Position numbers and translations under genes: made by a program. The notes beneath the pieces were generated by a model. The model had not been told where the DNA came from, searched no databases, and saw nothing but the letters and a program-made list of their open reading frames with translations. This document shows, in pieces, positions 28,536-37,418 of a DNA stretch of 64,000 nt (positions are counted from its first letter, which is position 1; every line of letters starts with the position of its first letter). Source of the stretch: an uncultured Kiritimatiellota bacterium (lineage in GTDB: Bacteria > Verrucomicrobiota > Kiritimatiellia > RFP12 > UBA1067); contig CAKTZA010000001.1 in NCBI GenBank assembly GCA_934635045.1, forward strand, positions 82,640 through 146,639. Reading direction: 5' to 3'.

Positions 28536-30799
28536 CGGTTCGCCTTCGCGGCGGGCGCATCCAGGACACGACGGCAGGAAAGAACTTTCTCAAGGACATC
28601 GCGCGGCACGAAGAAGTAGTGGTTTGACGACTCGTAGCCGATGCGGCTGTCGGCGCGCACGAGCGGCCAGTACGCCTTGGCCCGATCCAGCTCAGTCCGC
28701 GCGAGACGGCGCATCTCCGCATCGTCGCCGGCGTCACGCGCCATCACGAAGCGCGCCTGGTCACGGCAGGCGGCGAAATGCATCTGCTCGGCCCTGAAGA
28801 GGTCAAGCTCGCGGTGATCGGCCACGCCCGCCAGCAGACGGCAGCCCTCGGCAAAGCCGTCCGCGACCTTTCCGATCAGCTCGGCGTACGTCGCGCGCGG
28901 ATACTGCGCGCGCCAGCCGTCGAGGTCGTCATAGGGAATACCGACCATCGTCGCGGCGTAGCCCGTCTTCGTCGCGTAGAGCGGATTCGCCGGGCCCCAC
29001 TGCTGTGGGCCGTCGTAAATCGTCTGGCAGGAGAACGGATAGTTCGCAAAGCCGTCCGAAAACGCCTTCCACGCCGCCCGGACGCGCGACACGTTCGCCT
29101 CCCCGTAGAGCCGCGCCGCAAGGCGGTTCAGGACGCCCTCCTTGTCCGTCTCGCCCTTGCGGATTTCGCTGTACACGCTCAGGTTCGGCGAGGGGCAGCA
29201 GCCGAGCGACCACGAGAGCATGACGCCGTCCAGTCCCGCGTTCGCCAGATTCGCGGCATGCTGCGCGACAAGATCCATCGCCGGGATGTACGGAAACGAA
29301 GCGAGTTCCCACGAGTTCGCGGCCTGAACCTTCGCAACGGCGGGAATCCCCGCCTCCTGTGCGTAGCGCCAAAGCCGCAGGGCGTTCTCGCCCGGACCGA
29401 CGATCGAGATCGAGTAGTCGTTCTCGACGGCATCAACGCCGCCGCGACGGATCTTCATCGCGTTCTCGCTCACCGCCATCAGCCGACAGTTGCGCGTCGG
29501 CAGCTGGCGGACGATCTCCCCCTCCTCGTCCTTCGGCCACTGCCAGTTCCAGATCAGCGCCTCGGCCGTCGGCTCGCCTTTCGCCATGCCCTCGACCATC
29601 GCGCGGTTGACCTCCGCGAGAATGTCGCCCGTCTTTCGGTCGCGGCAGCGCGGACACCCCGCCTTGCCGTGACGCGAGGCGCAGTTCGTGAGGTTTTCGC
29701 TCATCGTGATCGTGAAGATGCCGCCAAGGCCGGGAACTTGCGAGAAGACCTGCGTCAGCGACTCGCGCAGCCAGCGCAGCACTTCGGGATGCGACGTGCA
29801 GAGCGCGAACTGATCGCCGGACTTCGTGCCCTTGAACGCCTGACGTTCGGGACAGGCCGCGAAGAACGCCTCCGGCAGCGCGCGCGGCTCGTTCATGTAG
29901 AGGAAGACGCGGATGCCGTACTTGCGGCAACGGGCGACAAGCGTGCGCAGGTTGGCGATTCGGTTCTCGCAGCCCGCGCCGAACTCGGGGTACTTCGGAT
30001 CCTTCGCGAGCGTGCGGAGCACCGTATGCAGCCACACGGCGTTCACGCCGTCGGCGGCGAGCTTCTGCAGAAGCCCTTCGGGGAACGAGCCGACCGCCGG
30101 ATCGGCAAGCGGGTCGCCGTAATCCGCAAAATACGAGAAGATGAGCCGGAAGCCAAACGGCGAATCGCCCGGCTGCGGCAGGCGAAACGCGGGATCCGCC
30201 GTCGCGATGTCGCGCACGAAGGCAAAGCGCGGCTCTTCCGGCGCGGACGGGTCAAGCCCCTCTTCCTTCAATGTGGCCGCGATCTTCAGGCGCGCGTCCC
30301 TGCCGCGTACCGCAGCGTCCGCGTTCCACGCCAGCCGTGCGCAGGCCGGCTTGACATTGCCGAGCTTGGTCCACAGGAAATCGTCCTCCATCAGCGCGAA
30401 TCGCAGCTCCTCGCGCGTCTTGCCCAGAAGCGTCATCAGCTGGTCATAGGGCAGCAGATGCCAGTTGCGCCGCAGCACCGTGATGTAGCCTTTCGTCTTC
30501 CATTCGGGCAGCACGGCCGGGTCGGGCGCAAGCCCCATCTGCACGGCCATCGCCGTCAGGTCGTCCGCCGTCGCCCCGACGACCTCGGCCAGCTTCGCCT
30601 TCTCGACAAGCCCCCAGTTTCGCCAGACGAACGCGCTCATCCGATCGGGGAAGGGATCAGGCGCAAGGGCCGGCTTCGCCTCGGCGGCGTTCTCGCCCGG
30701 CAAGGGACAGACCTCCGCCCATGCCGTGGAGGCGGCTAAGGCAATCGCAAACAGCGGGCAGGAAACGACGAACGGACGCAGTGAATGGATTTCTCGCAT
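28532..30799 (-). CDS. secreted hypothetical protein, probable glycoside-hydrolase-like TIM-barrel (family not identified)
   Basis: 755 aa from the ATG at 30799. Signal peptide MREIHSLRPFVVSCPLFAIALAASTAWA. The central region (VNAVWLHTVL..IRVFLYMNEPRA..GGIFTITMSENLTNC) looks like a (beta/alpha)8 hydrolase. Confidence 0.6.
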   Translation of the reverse strand: MREIHSLRPFVVSCPLFAIALAASTAWAEVCPLPGENAAEAKPALAPDPFPDRMSAFVWRNWGLVEKAKLAEVVGATADDLTAMAVQMGLAPDPAVLPEWKTKGYITVLRRNWHLLPYDQLMTLLGKTREELRFALMEDDFLWTKLGNVKPACARLAWNADAAVRGRDARLKIAATLKEEGLDPSAPEEPRFAFVRDIATADPAFRLPQPGDSPFGFRLIFSYFADYGDPLADPAVGSFPEGLLQKLAADGVNAVWLHTVLRTLAKDPKYPEFGAGCENRIANLRTLVARCRKYGIRVFLYMNEPRALPEAFFAACPERQAFKGTKSGDQFALCTSHPEVLRWLRESLTQVFSQVPGLGGIFTITMSENLTNCASRHGKAGCPRCRDRKTGDILAEVNRAMVEGMAKGEPTAEALIWNWQWPKDEEGEIVRQLPTRNCRLMAVSENAMKIRRGGVDAVENDYSISIVGPGENALRLWRYAQEAGIPAVAKVQAANSWELASFPYIPAMDLVAQHAANLANAGLDGVMLSWSLGCCPSPNLSVYSEIRKGETDKEGVLNRLAARLYGEANVSRVRAAWKAFSDGFANYPFSCQTIYDGPQQWGPANPLYATKTGYAATMVGIPYDDLDGWRAQYPRATYAELIGKVADGFAEGCRLLAGVADHRELDLFRAEQMHFAACRDQARFVMARDAGDDAEMRRLARTELDRAKAYWPLVRADSRIGYESSNHYFFVPRDVLEKVLSCRRVLDAPAAKANR

Positions 30800-30808
30800 A
30801 ACGTCAAT

Positions 30809-30817
30809 ATGATACCA
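30809..30817 (-). promoter_or_regulatory. extended -10 (TGGTATCAT), near-leaderless
   Basis: Reverse complement of atgatacca, 9 nt from the ATG at 30799. Confidence 0.45.
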
Positions 30818-30895
30818 AAATCGCACCGAGCCCCGCAATGTGAAACTTTGCATTCTCGGATGGGAAATCTGCACCTTGCCCACAAGACCGCCGCT

Positions 30896-32659
30896 TTAGG
30901 GCCCCTTCGTCTGCATGATCACGGCACAGCACGAGAGGTCAAGGCTCGTCGGCATCTGTCCGTTCTTCCCATAGGCGGTCAGCTCTTTCACGATCAGATC
31001 CCTCGCCGTGTCAAGCGGCCAGACGGCATCCTTTGCCCGCAAGTCAAATGTCCGATTGTTCAAGTCGACCTCGCTGAAGTTGACGGCGTTCAGGATGCGC
31101 GTGACGCAGTCCGTTACGTCAAATTCGTCATTTTCGCCCGCCGCATCTCCCCGCAGCACGACAATCCACTTGTCTTGACGACGTTCGCACGAGACGCGCC
31201 AAGAATCCAAAGGCCGCAGACGCGAATAGCTCGTGATCGGAATCGTCTCCTTGCGCGGCAGCTGAAACCGTATCGACCTCCAAGTCAGAGAGGAGGTCCT
31301 GTCCGAGAGCGTCTCCTCGTCGAGGCCCAGCAGCAACGGCAACGAGGTGCATTCGGCCTTGCGTTCGCGGCTCCGTGCAGCAACCGTCTCGCTCAATCGG
31401 GCCATGAACGCCGGACGATGCCAGACCGTGGGCCTTAGGTCTTGACCGTCAACCAGGTAGTTCCAGGCCCCAACGATGATCTTGGCATCGGCTTTTGGAA
31501 TCGGAACGTTCGGCTTGAGGGACAGCGCGTCCCCCTGCAACAGGCCGTTTCGCGCCAACGCCGCCTTGAGACGGGCCTCCTGGTTGCGAATCGGAACATC
31601 GATGACGTTCAGTGGCGTAACCGTAAACACGATTCCCGCCACGGCCATGAACACGAACAGCCCGTGGGGACGGCGATTCAGCGCCGCCAGAATGAGCGCA
31701 ACAATCCCGAAGGAAAGCGTGACCATTCCGGCAAAGCGCGTCGCCGAAAGGCCATACGCCTGATAGCGGATGACGATGCCCACGACCTGCGCCGCAAGAA
31801 CCGGCAGAAGCAACGCCCAGCCCCACCGCACGAACAGGCGAAAGAACGGACGCGACGAGTCTCGCAGCGCCAGCCAGAAGAACACGTAGGCGGCGATGGC
31901 CACCGAACCGAACCAGTTCAACGTGCCATTGGGCATCGAGCGCGTCCAGACGATCTTTCCAAGATAGAGGTACAGGATTCCCAACAAGATCAGAGACGCC
32001 GGAAGGAGCAGCCAGAAAAGAAACGCCACCGCCCGGTCGGACGCGCCATCGTCACGGCTCCGCCCCGGAAGAAGCGACAGGAACCCAATCGAAAAGACGA
32101 GAATCCACAAGGCCCCTGCAACATCGGCGTAAATCTTATCGTTCACGGCCATGACCAACTTGTCGAACGCCAGAATGCACAGCATCAGGCTCCCGATCAG
32201 AATCATGGCCGACCCGCTTGCTCCGAACGCATTGAGCGTCAGGCGCGAGACGAGCGTGCGTTCGTCCGCCACGCGGTACAGCACGGCCACGGACGCGGCG
32301 ACAAGGGAAAAGCACGTCCCCCAATAGAGCATGCCCCAAAGCCGATAGCGCGGGAACCCTTCCACGTGCGTCAGCCAGAACCAGCAGCCGAGCGCTCCGA
32401 CCACAAGCGTGACGAGCCCAACGAGAAGATGACGATACGGCCATGCGCGCCATTCACAGAGCAGCTGGACGAACACCCCGGACAGCGCACCCCAGAAAAT
32501 GCCAAGCGACACATTCGCCAGCATCGCCTCGCTGATGACGCCGTGGTTCTCCAGCACAAAGAGCACTGCAACTGCAAGCGCACAAAGGTTAAAGATTCCG
32601 AACCGGCGGAAACCACGCCGAAACCGATCAAACGCCAACGCCAAAGACTTCCTGATCAT
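30896..32659 (-). CDS. DUF4153-like polytopic membrane protein with C-terminal soluble domain
   Basis: 587 aa from the ATG at 32659 (AGGAG is 7 nt upstream). About 10 TM helices are followed by a ~200-aa soluble tail. Confidence 0.6.
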   Translation of the reverse strand: MIRKSLALAFDRFRRGFRRFGIFNLCALAVAVLFVLENHGVISEAMLANVSLGIFWGALSGVFVQLLCEWRAWPYRHLLVGLVTLVVGALGCWFWLTHVEGFPRYRLWGMLYWGTCFSLVAASVAVLYRVADERTLVSRLTLNAFGASGSAMILIGSLMLCILAFDKLVMAVNDKIYADVAGALWILVFSIGFLSLLPGRSRDDGASDRAVAFLFWLLLPASLILLGILYLYLGKIVWTRSMPNGTLNWFGSVAIAAYVFFWLALRDSSRPFFRLFVRWGWALLLPVLAAQVVGIVIRYQAYGLSATRFAGMVTLSFGIVALILAALNRRPHGLFVFMAVAGIVFTVTPLNVIDVPIRNQEARLKAALARNGLLQGDALSLKPNVPIPKADAKIIVGAWNYLVDGQDLRPTVWHRPAFMARLSETVAARSRERKAECTSLPLLLGLDEETLSDRTSSLTWRSIRFQLPRKETIPITSYSRLRPLDSWRVSCERRQDKWIVVLRGDAAGENDEFDVTDCVTRILNAVNFSEVDLNNRTFDLRAKDAVWPLDTARDLIVKELTAYGKNGQMPTSLDLSCCAVIMQTKGP

Positions 32660-32689
32660 GTTTCTCCTGTTTTCATCTTTACTGGAAGC

Positions 32690-32698
32690 ATTGTACCA
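32690..32698 (-). promoter_or_regulatory. extended -10 (TGGTACAAT)
   Basis: Reverse complement of attgtacca, ~31 nt upstream of the ATG at 32659. Confidence 0.5.
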
Positions 32699-32867
32699 TA
32701 TTTCCCCTTTCGTCCGCAAGCCGCAGACGTTGGTTCTTCGCTCGCACCATCGCAAAACACGGGAGGATTCGCGCCAAAGGCAGGCGGCCAAAGGCGAAAA
32801 CGTGTCGCAAGACCCCTGGAAAAAGCGGTCTTTGCCGACCGCCCGTCGCCCCTGCCCACTTACTTTT

Positions 32868-33302
32868 TCAATCGACAGATTCCCTGATATCCATCGGATT
32901 GAATATCCGCAGCATCGGATAAAGCGTCTTGTAATCGCTCTCGTTGCGGGTGATGAGGCCGCCTTTCGCAAGCGCATATGCGCCAATCATCACATCGGCG
33001 ATTGGCCGTTTGACGATTTCTCCGGCACGCTTTCGCAGGATGTGCTCATTCCACGCCCGATGCGCCTGAAGGACGATGCTTCTGCTCCCCGAAAACTCGC
33101 AATCAACTCCCAACTCAAGGAGGAATTCATCTTGCAACTCTGCGTCGCCATTGAACGACGGCGACAGCTCCACGTATGTTAACGGCGAAATCAGAAGCCC
33201 CTCTTCGCGCTTCAAATCGAGAGCGGTCGCCGAAGCCTCCGCGAAGTCGCGGTCGCCGCGTGCCACATCAATAAAAACGCACGTATCAACGACCCAGTTC
33301 AA
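32868..33302 (-). CDS. vapC: PIN-domain toxin VapC
   Basis: MNWVVDTCVFIDV..; conserved acidic residues (D6, E.., D..); 144 aa; 4-bp overlap with the upstream antitoxin. Confidence 0.85.
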   Translation of the reverse strand: MNWVVDTCVFIDVARGDRDFAEASATALDLKREEGLLISPLTYVELSPSFNGDAELQDEFLLELGVDCEFSGSRSIVLQAHRAWNEHILRKRAGEIVKRPIADVMIGAYALAKGGLITRNESDYKTLYPMLRIFNPMDIRESVD

Positions 33303-33586
33303 TCCGATTCCCCTTCGCGGAGTTCGTGCATGATGTCGGCCGTAGAGCGGTATTCAGGGTGGAAGCGCCGACAATACCCAATCAAATCATGCGCGGATTT
33401 CGGCTTCGCCGTGGGAGTCTCTGCCTGGTCGAGTTTGACGAGGATGACCTGATAGAGGCCACTCTCCGGGATCGAAAGGGACAACGAACCGCGATGCCCC
33501 ATGACGTTTTCAGACCACACGCGGCCGGACGAGCCGACATTGGCGACGGTTCGCATCCAGTCCTTCTTCTCCATCAGCCTTGGCAT
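33299..33586 (-). CDS. putative VapB-type antitoxin
   Basis: 95 aa, upstream of vapC and overlapping it. C-terminal ..STADIMHELREGESD resembles antitoxin tails. AAGGAGG SD. Confidence 0.6.
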   Translation of the reverse strand: MPRLMEKKDWMRTVANVGSSGRVWSENVMGHRGSLSLSIPESGLYQVILVKLDQAETPTAKPKSAHDLIGYCRRFHPEYRSTADIMHELREGESD

Positions 33587-33639
33587 GGCATCATCCTCCT
33601 TTCTCGTAATCGATCTTCCCTGTCATCGAAAGCATTTAG

Positions 33640-33648
33640 ATTATACCA
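33640..33648 (-). promoter_or_regulatory. extended -10 (TGGTATAAT) for vapBC
   Basis: Reverse complement of attatacca, ~54 nt upstream of the ATG at 33586. Confidence 0.5.
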
Positions 33649-33707
33649 TATTCTTCTCTCTCCACGCAATCGACACGCGCCGTACGTACTTCATCGGCAA
33701 GGGAACG

Positions 33708-34315
33708 CTAAATGCCGTTTCCTCTGCGGTTCAGGCGCATGAGGGACAGGATCGCGTAGACGGCCACGGCGGCTTCGGCGAGCGGAATCGCCCACCAGAG
33801 CGCCGCGCCGCCGAAGAGGGGCGGCTGCGCCGCCTGCCCCACGCCATAGCCACAGCACTGCACGAACGTGCCGACCATCACGATCACGCCATAGACGGCC
33901 AGCTCGTCCGTGCCGAGGTACTTGAGGATCTGGCGGTTGAACAGCACCGTGAGGACGCCCATCGCGATGTCGATGAGGAAGACGGAAAAGCCGACCTCCA
34001 CGATCTTGCGCGAGAACAGGACGGGCGCAAGCGGCAGGTCCAGCCGCAGGGTGTTGCGGCGGTGGAAGAAGTGCGAGACCATGACGAGAATGGCGACAGC
34101 CTCGCCGATCACCGTCGCGAGACCCGCGCCGAAGATGCCCATATGGCGGACGCGACCGAGAGTGCGATGCCCATCAGGAGCGCGGCGGTGAAGTAACGGT
34201 TGGCCGGGGCGGTCGAGACGCGCGCGCCGCGCCGGACGGCGTACAGGACCGAGCCGAATGCGGCGACCAGATACTTCCGGTAAACGCCGAAGATATTGTC
34301 CGTCAACACGTTCAT
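33708..34315 (-). pseudogene. MATE-family efflux transporter remnant (frameshift plus large internal deletions)
   Basis: N-terminus MNVLTDNIFGVYRKYLVAAFGSVLY (34109-34315) is in one frame. MGIFGAGLATVIGEAVAILVMVSHFF.. and the C-terminal helices are in another. About 200 of the expected ~450 codons remain. Confidence 0.6.
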
Positions 34316-34354
34316 GAATCATTCTCCTTTCAATATGATGATGAACTGCGGCGT

Positions 34355-34363
34355 ATTGTATCA
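34355..34363 (-). promoter_or_regulatory. extended -10 (TGATACAAT)
   Basis: Reverse complement of attgtatca, upstream of the MATE remnant. Confidence 0.4.
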
Positions 34364-34401
34364 TACGTGTCAAGGGGGCTAATAAGCGTCCGCCAGGCTT
34401 C

Positions 34402-34509
34402 GGCATAAAACGATGATCCGCTCTTGCGAGACAGACTGTCGTTCGCAATTTGGCCCGTCGGCTCCTCCGGGCCACAGGCGGCTTGCGCCGCACGTCGGCA
34501 AGCGACAGG
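34402..34509. repeat. conserved intergenic element, copy B
   Basis: See copy A. The core ggcataaaacgatgatccgctcttgcgagacagactgtcgttcgcaatttggcccgtcg is followed by an inverted copy of the 18-nt hairpin segment. Confidence 0.6.
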
Positions 34510-34549
34510 CCAATGATGCGGACGGACTTATAGAAAGCGAATCATCTTT

Positions 34550-35119
34550 TTATGCTAAAACCCCGCCCGGATTGAGCACCTTGTCAACGAGCGGCTGAGC
34601 GCGCGCCACGTCTGACGGATGGACGGCGACGCACATCCGCGTACCCAAGCCACCGTTCCCCCTCCGATGAAAGGCGGTGTCGATGACTGTCTGGCGCAAC
34701 GCAAAGCGAATGCCCTCGGCCTTAAACAGCCGCACGAGTTCGTTCACCTCTAAAACCGAGGCATCCGGCACGAGCAGCACACCGTCCAGCGGTCGCGCGG
34801 ACGCCTCATCTGGCTTTATCGCCAGGGCGACCGTCCGCCCTTCATATCCGCGCGTGAAGTCCGTCTCGCGACGGCGATTCCGCCAAGAGATGCACCACAA
34901 GGGAATCGCCACACCAACAACAATGGCGCCGACAAGGAGAAAGAGTTGCCAGAACGGATCGTTCGGATCAATCGACAGGCACAAGCCCTCTTGCATCAGC
35001 GAGCCTTGTCCCGCGCGAACAAGTTTCACGCCCGCCACGACGCACAGCGTGACAAGAAACGCCACAAGCGGCAACCGCGCCAACGCGCCCCACGTTGTCG
35101 AGCTCGCAGTCTCGTTCAT
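34550..35119 (-). CDS. membrane-anchored protein with DUF2007-like C-terminal domain
   Basis: Two TM helices, then ..VLLVPDASVLEVNELVRLFKAEGIRFAL..VAVHPSDVARAQPLV (DUF2007 pattern). The start is uncertain: ATG at 35119, or GTG codons nearer the AAAGGAG at ~35150. Confidence 0.5.
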   Translation of the reverse strand: MNETASSTTWGALARLPLVAFLVTLCVVAGVKLVRAGQGSLMQEGLCLSIDPNDPFWQLFLLVGAIVVGVAIPLWCISWRNRRRETDFTRGYEGRTVALAIKPDEASARPLDGVLLVPDASVLEVNELVRLFKAEGIRFALRQTVIDTAFHRRGNGGLGTRMCVAVHPSDVARAQPLVDKVLNPGGVLA

Positions 35120-35168
35120 TTCTATTTCGCTTCTGTCAACATTCACCACACGGACTCCTTTGGACGGC

Positions 35169-35177
35169 ATTATAGCA
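35169..35177 (-). promoter_or_regulatory. extended -10 (TGCTATAAT)
   Basis: Reverse complement of attatagca, upstream of the 34550-35119 gene. Confidence 0.5.
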
Positions 35178-35221
35178 TAATCCGAGCGCGGCGCAGTCGC
35201 CGGATAAGAAAGCACGCCCCC

Positions 35222-35251
35222 TTGACATGGTTAGATATCTAATGATATACT
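35222..35251 (+). promoter_or_regulatory. consensus promoter TTGACA-18-TGATATACT, leaderless marR
   Basis: ttgaca at 35222-35227 and tgatatact at 35243-35251. The ATG at 35259 is 7 nt after the -10. Confidence 0.65.
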
Positions 35252-35258
35252 ACGCGCC

Positions 35259-35714
35259 ATGAACCACAACATGGGAATGCTGATCGCGCGTCTGCATGAA
35301 CAGGCGCATCGCTGGCTCGTCGGCGAGCTGTCGCGGGCAGGGCTTTCGGGCCTTGCGCCGTCCCACGGAGACGTGCTGGCGCTTCTGTTTCTGCGCGGCG
35401 AGGCGACGATGCACGAGATCGCCGCGTTCGCGCACCGCACCCGTCCGACGATGACTGTCCTCATCGACAAGCTTGCGGACAGGGGGCTTGTCGTGCGCGA
35501 GAAGTCCGCCGTGGACGCCCGCAGTCTCGTGGTGCGGCTGACCGCCGCCGGCGCGGCATTGCGTCCCGACTTCGAGGCCCTTTCGCGTCGCTACCGTGCG
35601 CGCCTCTACAAGGGTCTCTCCGCCGAAGAGGCCGCGACGCTCGAACGACTTCTCGAAAAAGTCTTGGCCAACCAAGAAACAAAACAGACAAAACAGAAAG
35701 GAACAAGGAAATGA
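35259..35714 (+). CDS. MarR-family transcriptional regulator
   Basis: 151 aa with a winged-HTH pattern (..MHEIAAFAHRTRPTMTVLIDKLADRGLVVREKSAVDARS..). Confidence 0.85.
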   Translation: MNHNMGMLIARLHEQAHRWLVGELSRAGLSGLAPSHGDVLALLFLRGEATMHEIAAFAHRTRPTMTVLIDKLADRGLVVREKSAVDARSLVVRLTAAGAALRPDFEALSRRYRARLYKGLSAEEAATLERLLEKVLANQETKQTKQKGTRK

Positions 35715-36160
35715 AAGACATCAAGACAACGGCAGACCTTGCCAACGCCACGGCAATCGACTTCGGACCGCTTGCCGAAATCAAGGACTACGTATTTGAA
35801 CTCGGCCCTGAGGTGAAGATACCCGGAAAGGTGTTCGGCGGCGCGGCGATCAAGGCCGGCGGCGCGGATTTCTCCTTTCAGGTCTTCGCACCGGGAACGG
35901 AAGGGGGATTCTACCACACGCACAGGAACAACGAGGAACTGTACTTCTTCCTTTCGGGCAGTGGCGAGTATCAGGTTGACGGCGTGAACATCCCCGTGAA
36001 GGAGGGAACCGTCATCCGCGTCGCGCCGAACGGGAAGCGTGCCGTCCGCAACACGGGCGACAAGCCGCTGACGATGCTCTGCGTCCAGTATGTCGCGGGG
36101 GCGGCTGGAAGCGTCAACGCCGCTGACGGCACGATTCTCAACGAGCCTGTGAAGTGGTGA
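35711..36160 (+). CDS. cupin-domain protein
   Basis: 149 aa with G..HTH.NNEELYFFLSGSGEYQVDG (cupin motif 1) and ..IRVAPNGKRAVRN (motif 2). 4-bp overlap with marR. Confidence 0.75.
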   Translation: MKDIKTTADLANATAIDFGPLAEIKDYVFELGPEVKIPGKVFGGAAIKAGGADFSFQVFAPGTEGGFYHTHRNNEELYFFLSGSGEYQVDGVNIPVKEGTVIRVAPNGKRAVRNTGDKPLTMLCVQYVAGAAGSVNAADGTILNEPVKW

Positions 36161-36246
36161 CCGGCGCAAGGGCCGCTTGCGAAACGTGTGCGCTGTGGGT
36201 TGCGGTCGCATCCTGTGCCCGCCGGCCCGGCAACGCACTCGATAGA

Positions 36247-36313
36247 CTCACACGGGGTAACGGAGGCCCGGAGATCGGCTGGGACGCTCCGTGCCTCCGT
36301 GGCTCCGTGTGAG
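36247..36313. repeat. REP-like inverted repeat of the CTCCGTG-heptad family
   Basis: ctcacacggggtaacggaggcccggag (36247-36273) faces ctccgtgcctccgtggctccgtgtgag (36287-36313). Related copies lie at 52861-52889, 56704-56728 and 56844-56868. Confidence 0.7.
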
Positions 36314-36329
36314 ACCACTCTTGTTGTTT

Positions 36330-36623
36330 CTATAAGGACTCGACGAGCGGGCGAACCTTCTCAAGCCACTTCGCCTTCTCCGACTCAAAATAGATCGTTT
36401 CCGAACGATTGGTTTGCAGCGAATCCCAATAACACTTGGGACGAATGCCTGCACAGCCGCACGGCACGTACGCCTCACAGCACCTCTCACCGTAGCGAGC
36501 GACAAGCCCGATCTTGTCATGCTCCTCATTCGGCGCGAAGACATAGGCTAACTCGTCCGGCGCGCGCGCATCGAAAGGGATGCGCGCGCGGCGAACGGTT
36601 CGGACCGATTCCTTTAGGCGCGG
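36330..36623 (-). other. 97-codon Cys-rich open frame with no canonical start, in-frame with the upstream QueD-like gene across its TGA
   Basis: Translation: PRLKESVRTVRRARIPFDARAPDELAYVFAPNEEHDKIGLVARYGERCCEAYVPCGCAGIRPKCYWDSLQTNRSETIYFESEKAKWLEKVRPLVESL*. There is no ATG/GTG/TTG before codon ~53. Confidence 0.4.
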
Positions 36624-37217
36624 TCAGGCGCGATAGCCGCACTTCGGACAGACGCCGTCCTTGAGAGCGATGCCGCAGAGCGGGCAGCGGTCAAGCGACA
36701 GGTGCGACGGGAACGACGCCGTCGCCACGTTGACGCCGCTCGTGAAGGTGATCTTCACGATGTTGAGCTTGTCCTTCAGCAGCTCGTACACCATCTTGAT
36801 GAACCCCTCGACGGTCATCGTCTCCTTCGTGACGACGAGCCGGCATTCAGGATAGGCGGTGCAGAGCTCCGTCTTGAACGCGGGCCCCTTCATCGTGTTC
36901 GTCGGCGTGCCGTTGCGGATGCCCTCCTGCTCGTAGACGGCGAGGACGGCCGGCAGAAGCGGATCGTCTTCGCGCAGGACGAGCGCATGGTCGAAGTTCT
37001 TGAGAACCTCCCAGGCCGTCTTCTGGATCTCGTTGCAGGGGAACACCATGTTGACGCCGGGATTGACCGAATCCTCGACCTCGATGGTCAGTCCGCCGGT
37101 GTGCCCGTGCAAGTATCGGGCCTCGCCCCTGAATCCGTAGAAGCGGTGGGCATACTGGATGTCGAGGTGCGCGACGGAGCGGATGGTGGTGCAGGTGCAG
37201 TTCTTGTTCGTGTTCAT
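36624..37217 (-). CDS. 6-pyruvoyl-tetrahydropterin synthase/QueD-family protein with C-terminal zinc ribbon
   Basis: ..HLDIQYAHRFYGF.GEARYLHGHTGGLTIEV.. (PTPS-like His/Glu pattern). C-terminal CPLCGIALKDGVCPKCG. Start at the ATG at 37217. Confidence 0.6.
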   Translation of the reverse strand: MNTNKNCTCTTIRSVAHLDIQYAHRFYGFRGEARYLHGHTGGLTIEVEDSVNPGVNMVFPCNEIQKTAWEVLKNFDHALVLREDDPLLPAVLAVYEQEGIRNGTPTNTMKGPAFKTELCTAYPECRLVVTKETMTVEGFIKMVYELLKDKLNIVKITFTSGVNVATASFPSHLSLDRCPLCGIALKDGVCPKCGYRA

Positions 37218-37418
37218 GTGCGTGTTCCTTTCTTGTTTGTGGTTGTGCCGAGAGAGACGTTCTCCCGACACCGCACAGAATACATTATTCCCCCCGCGCC
37301 TGTCCGTTGGAATTACAACCTCACGCATGGGCTTTTCGCCGACACATCGGCAGTCAATCACGACCACGCAGAGACATGTGCCACGAATTCCCCAACGCAT
37401 CTACCAGACAAGAAAATC

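Noticed and set aside
36562-36626. Selenocysteine recoding of the TGA ending the QueD-like gene (hairpin as SECIS)
   Set aside because: The hairpin starts 34 nt after the UGA, further than bacterial SECIS elements. It is a plain GC-alternating stem without the characteristic apical loop, and no sel genes are visible. This is kept only as one of three alternatives in the finding.
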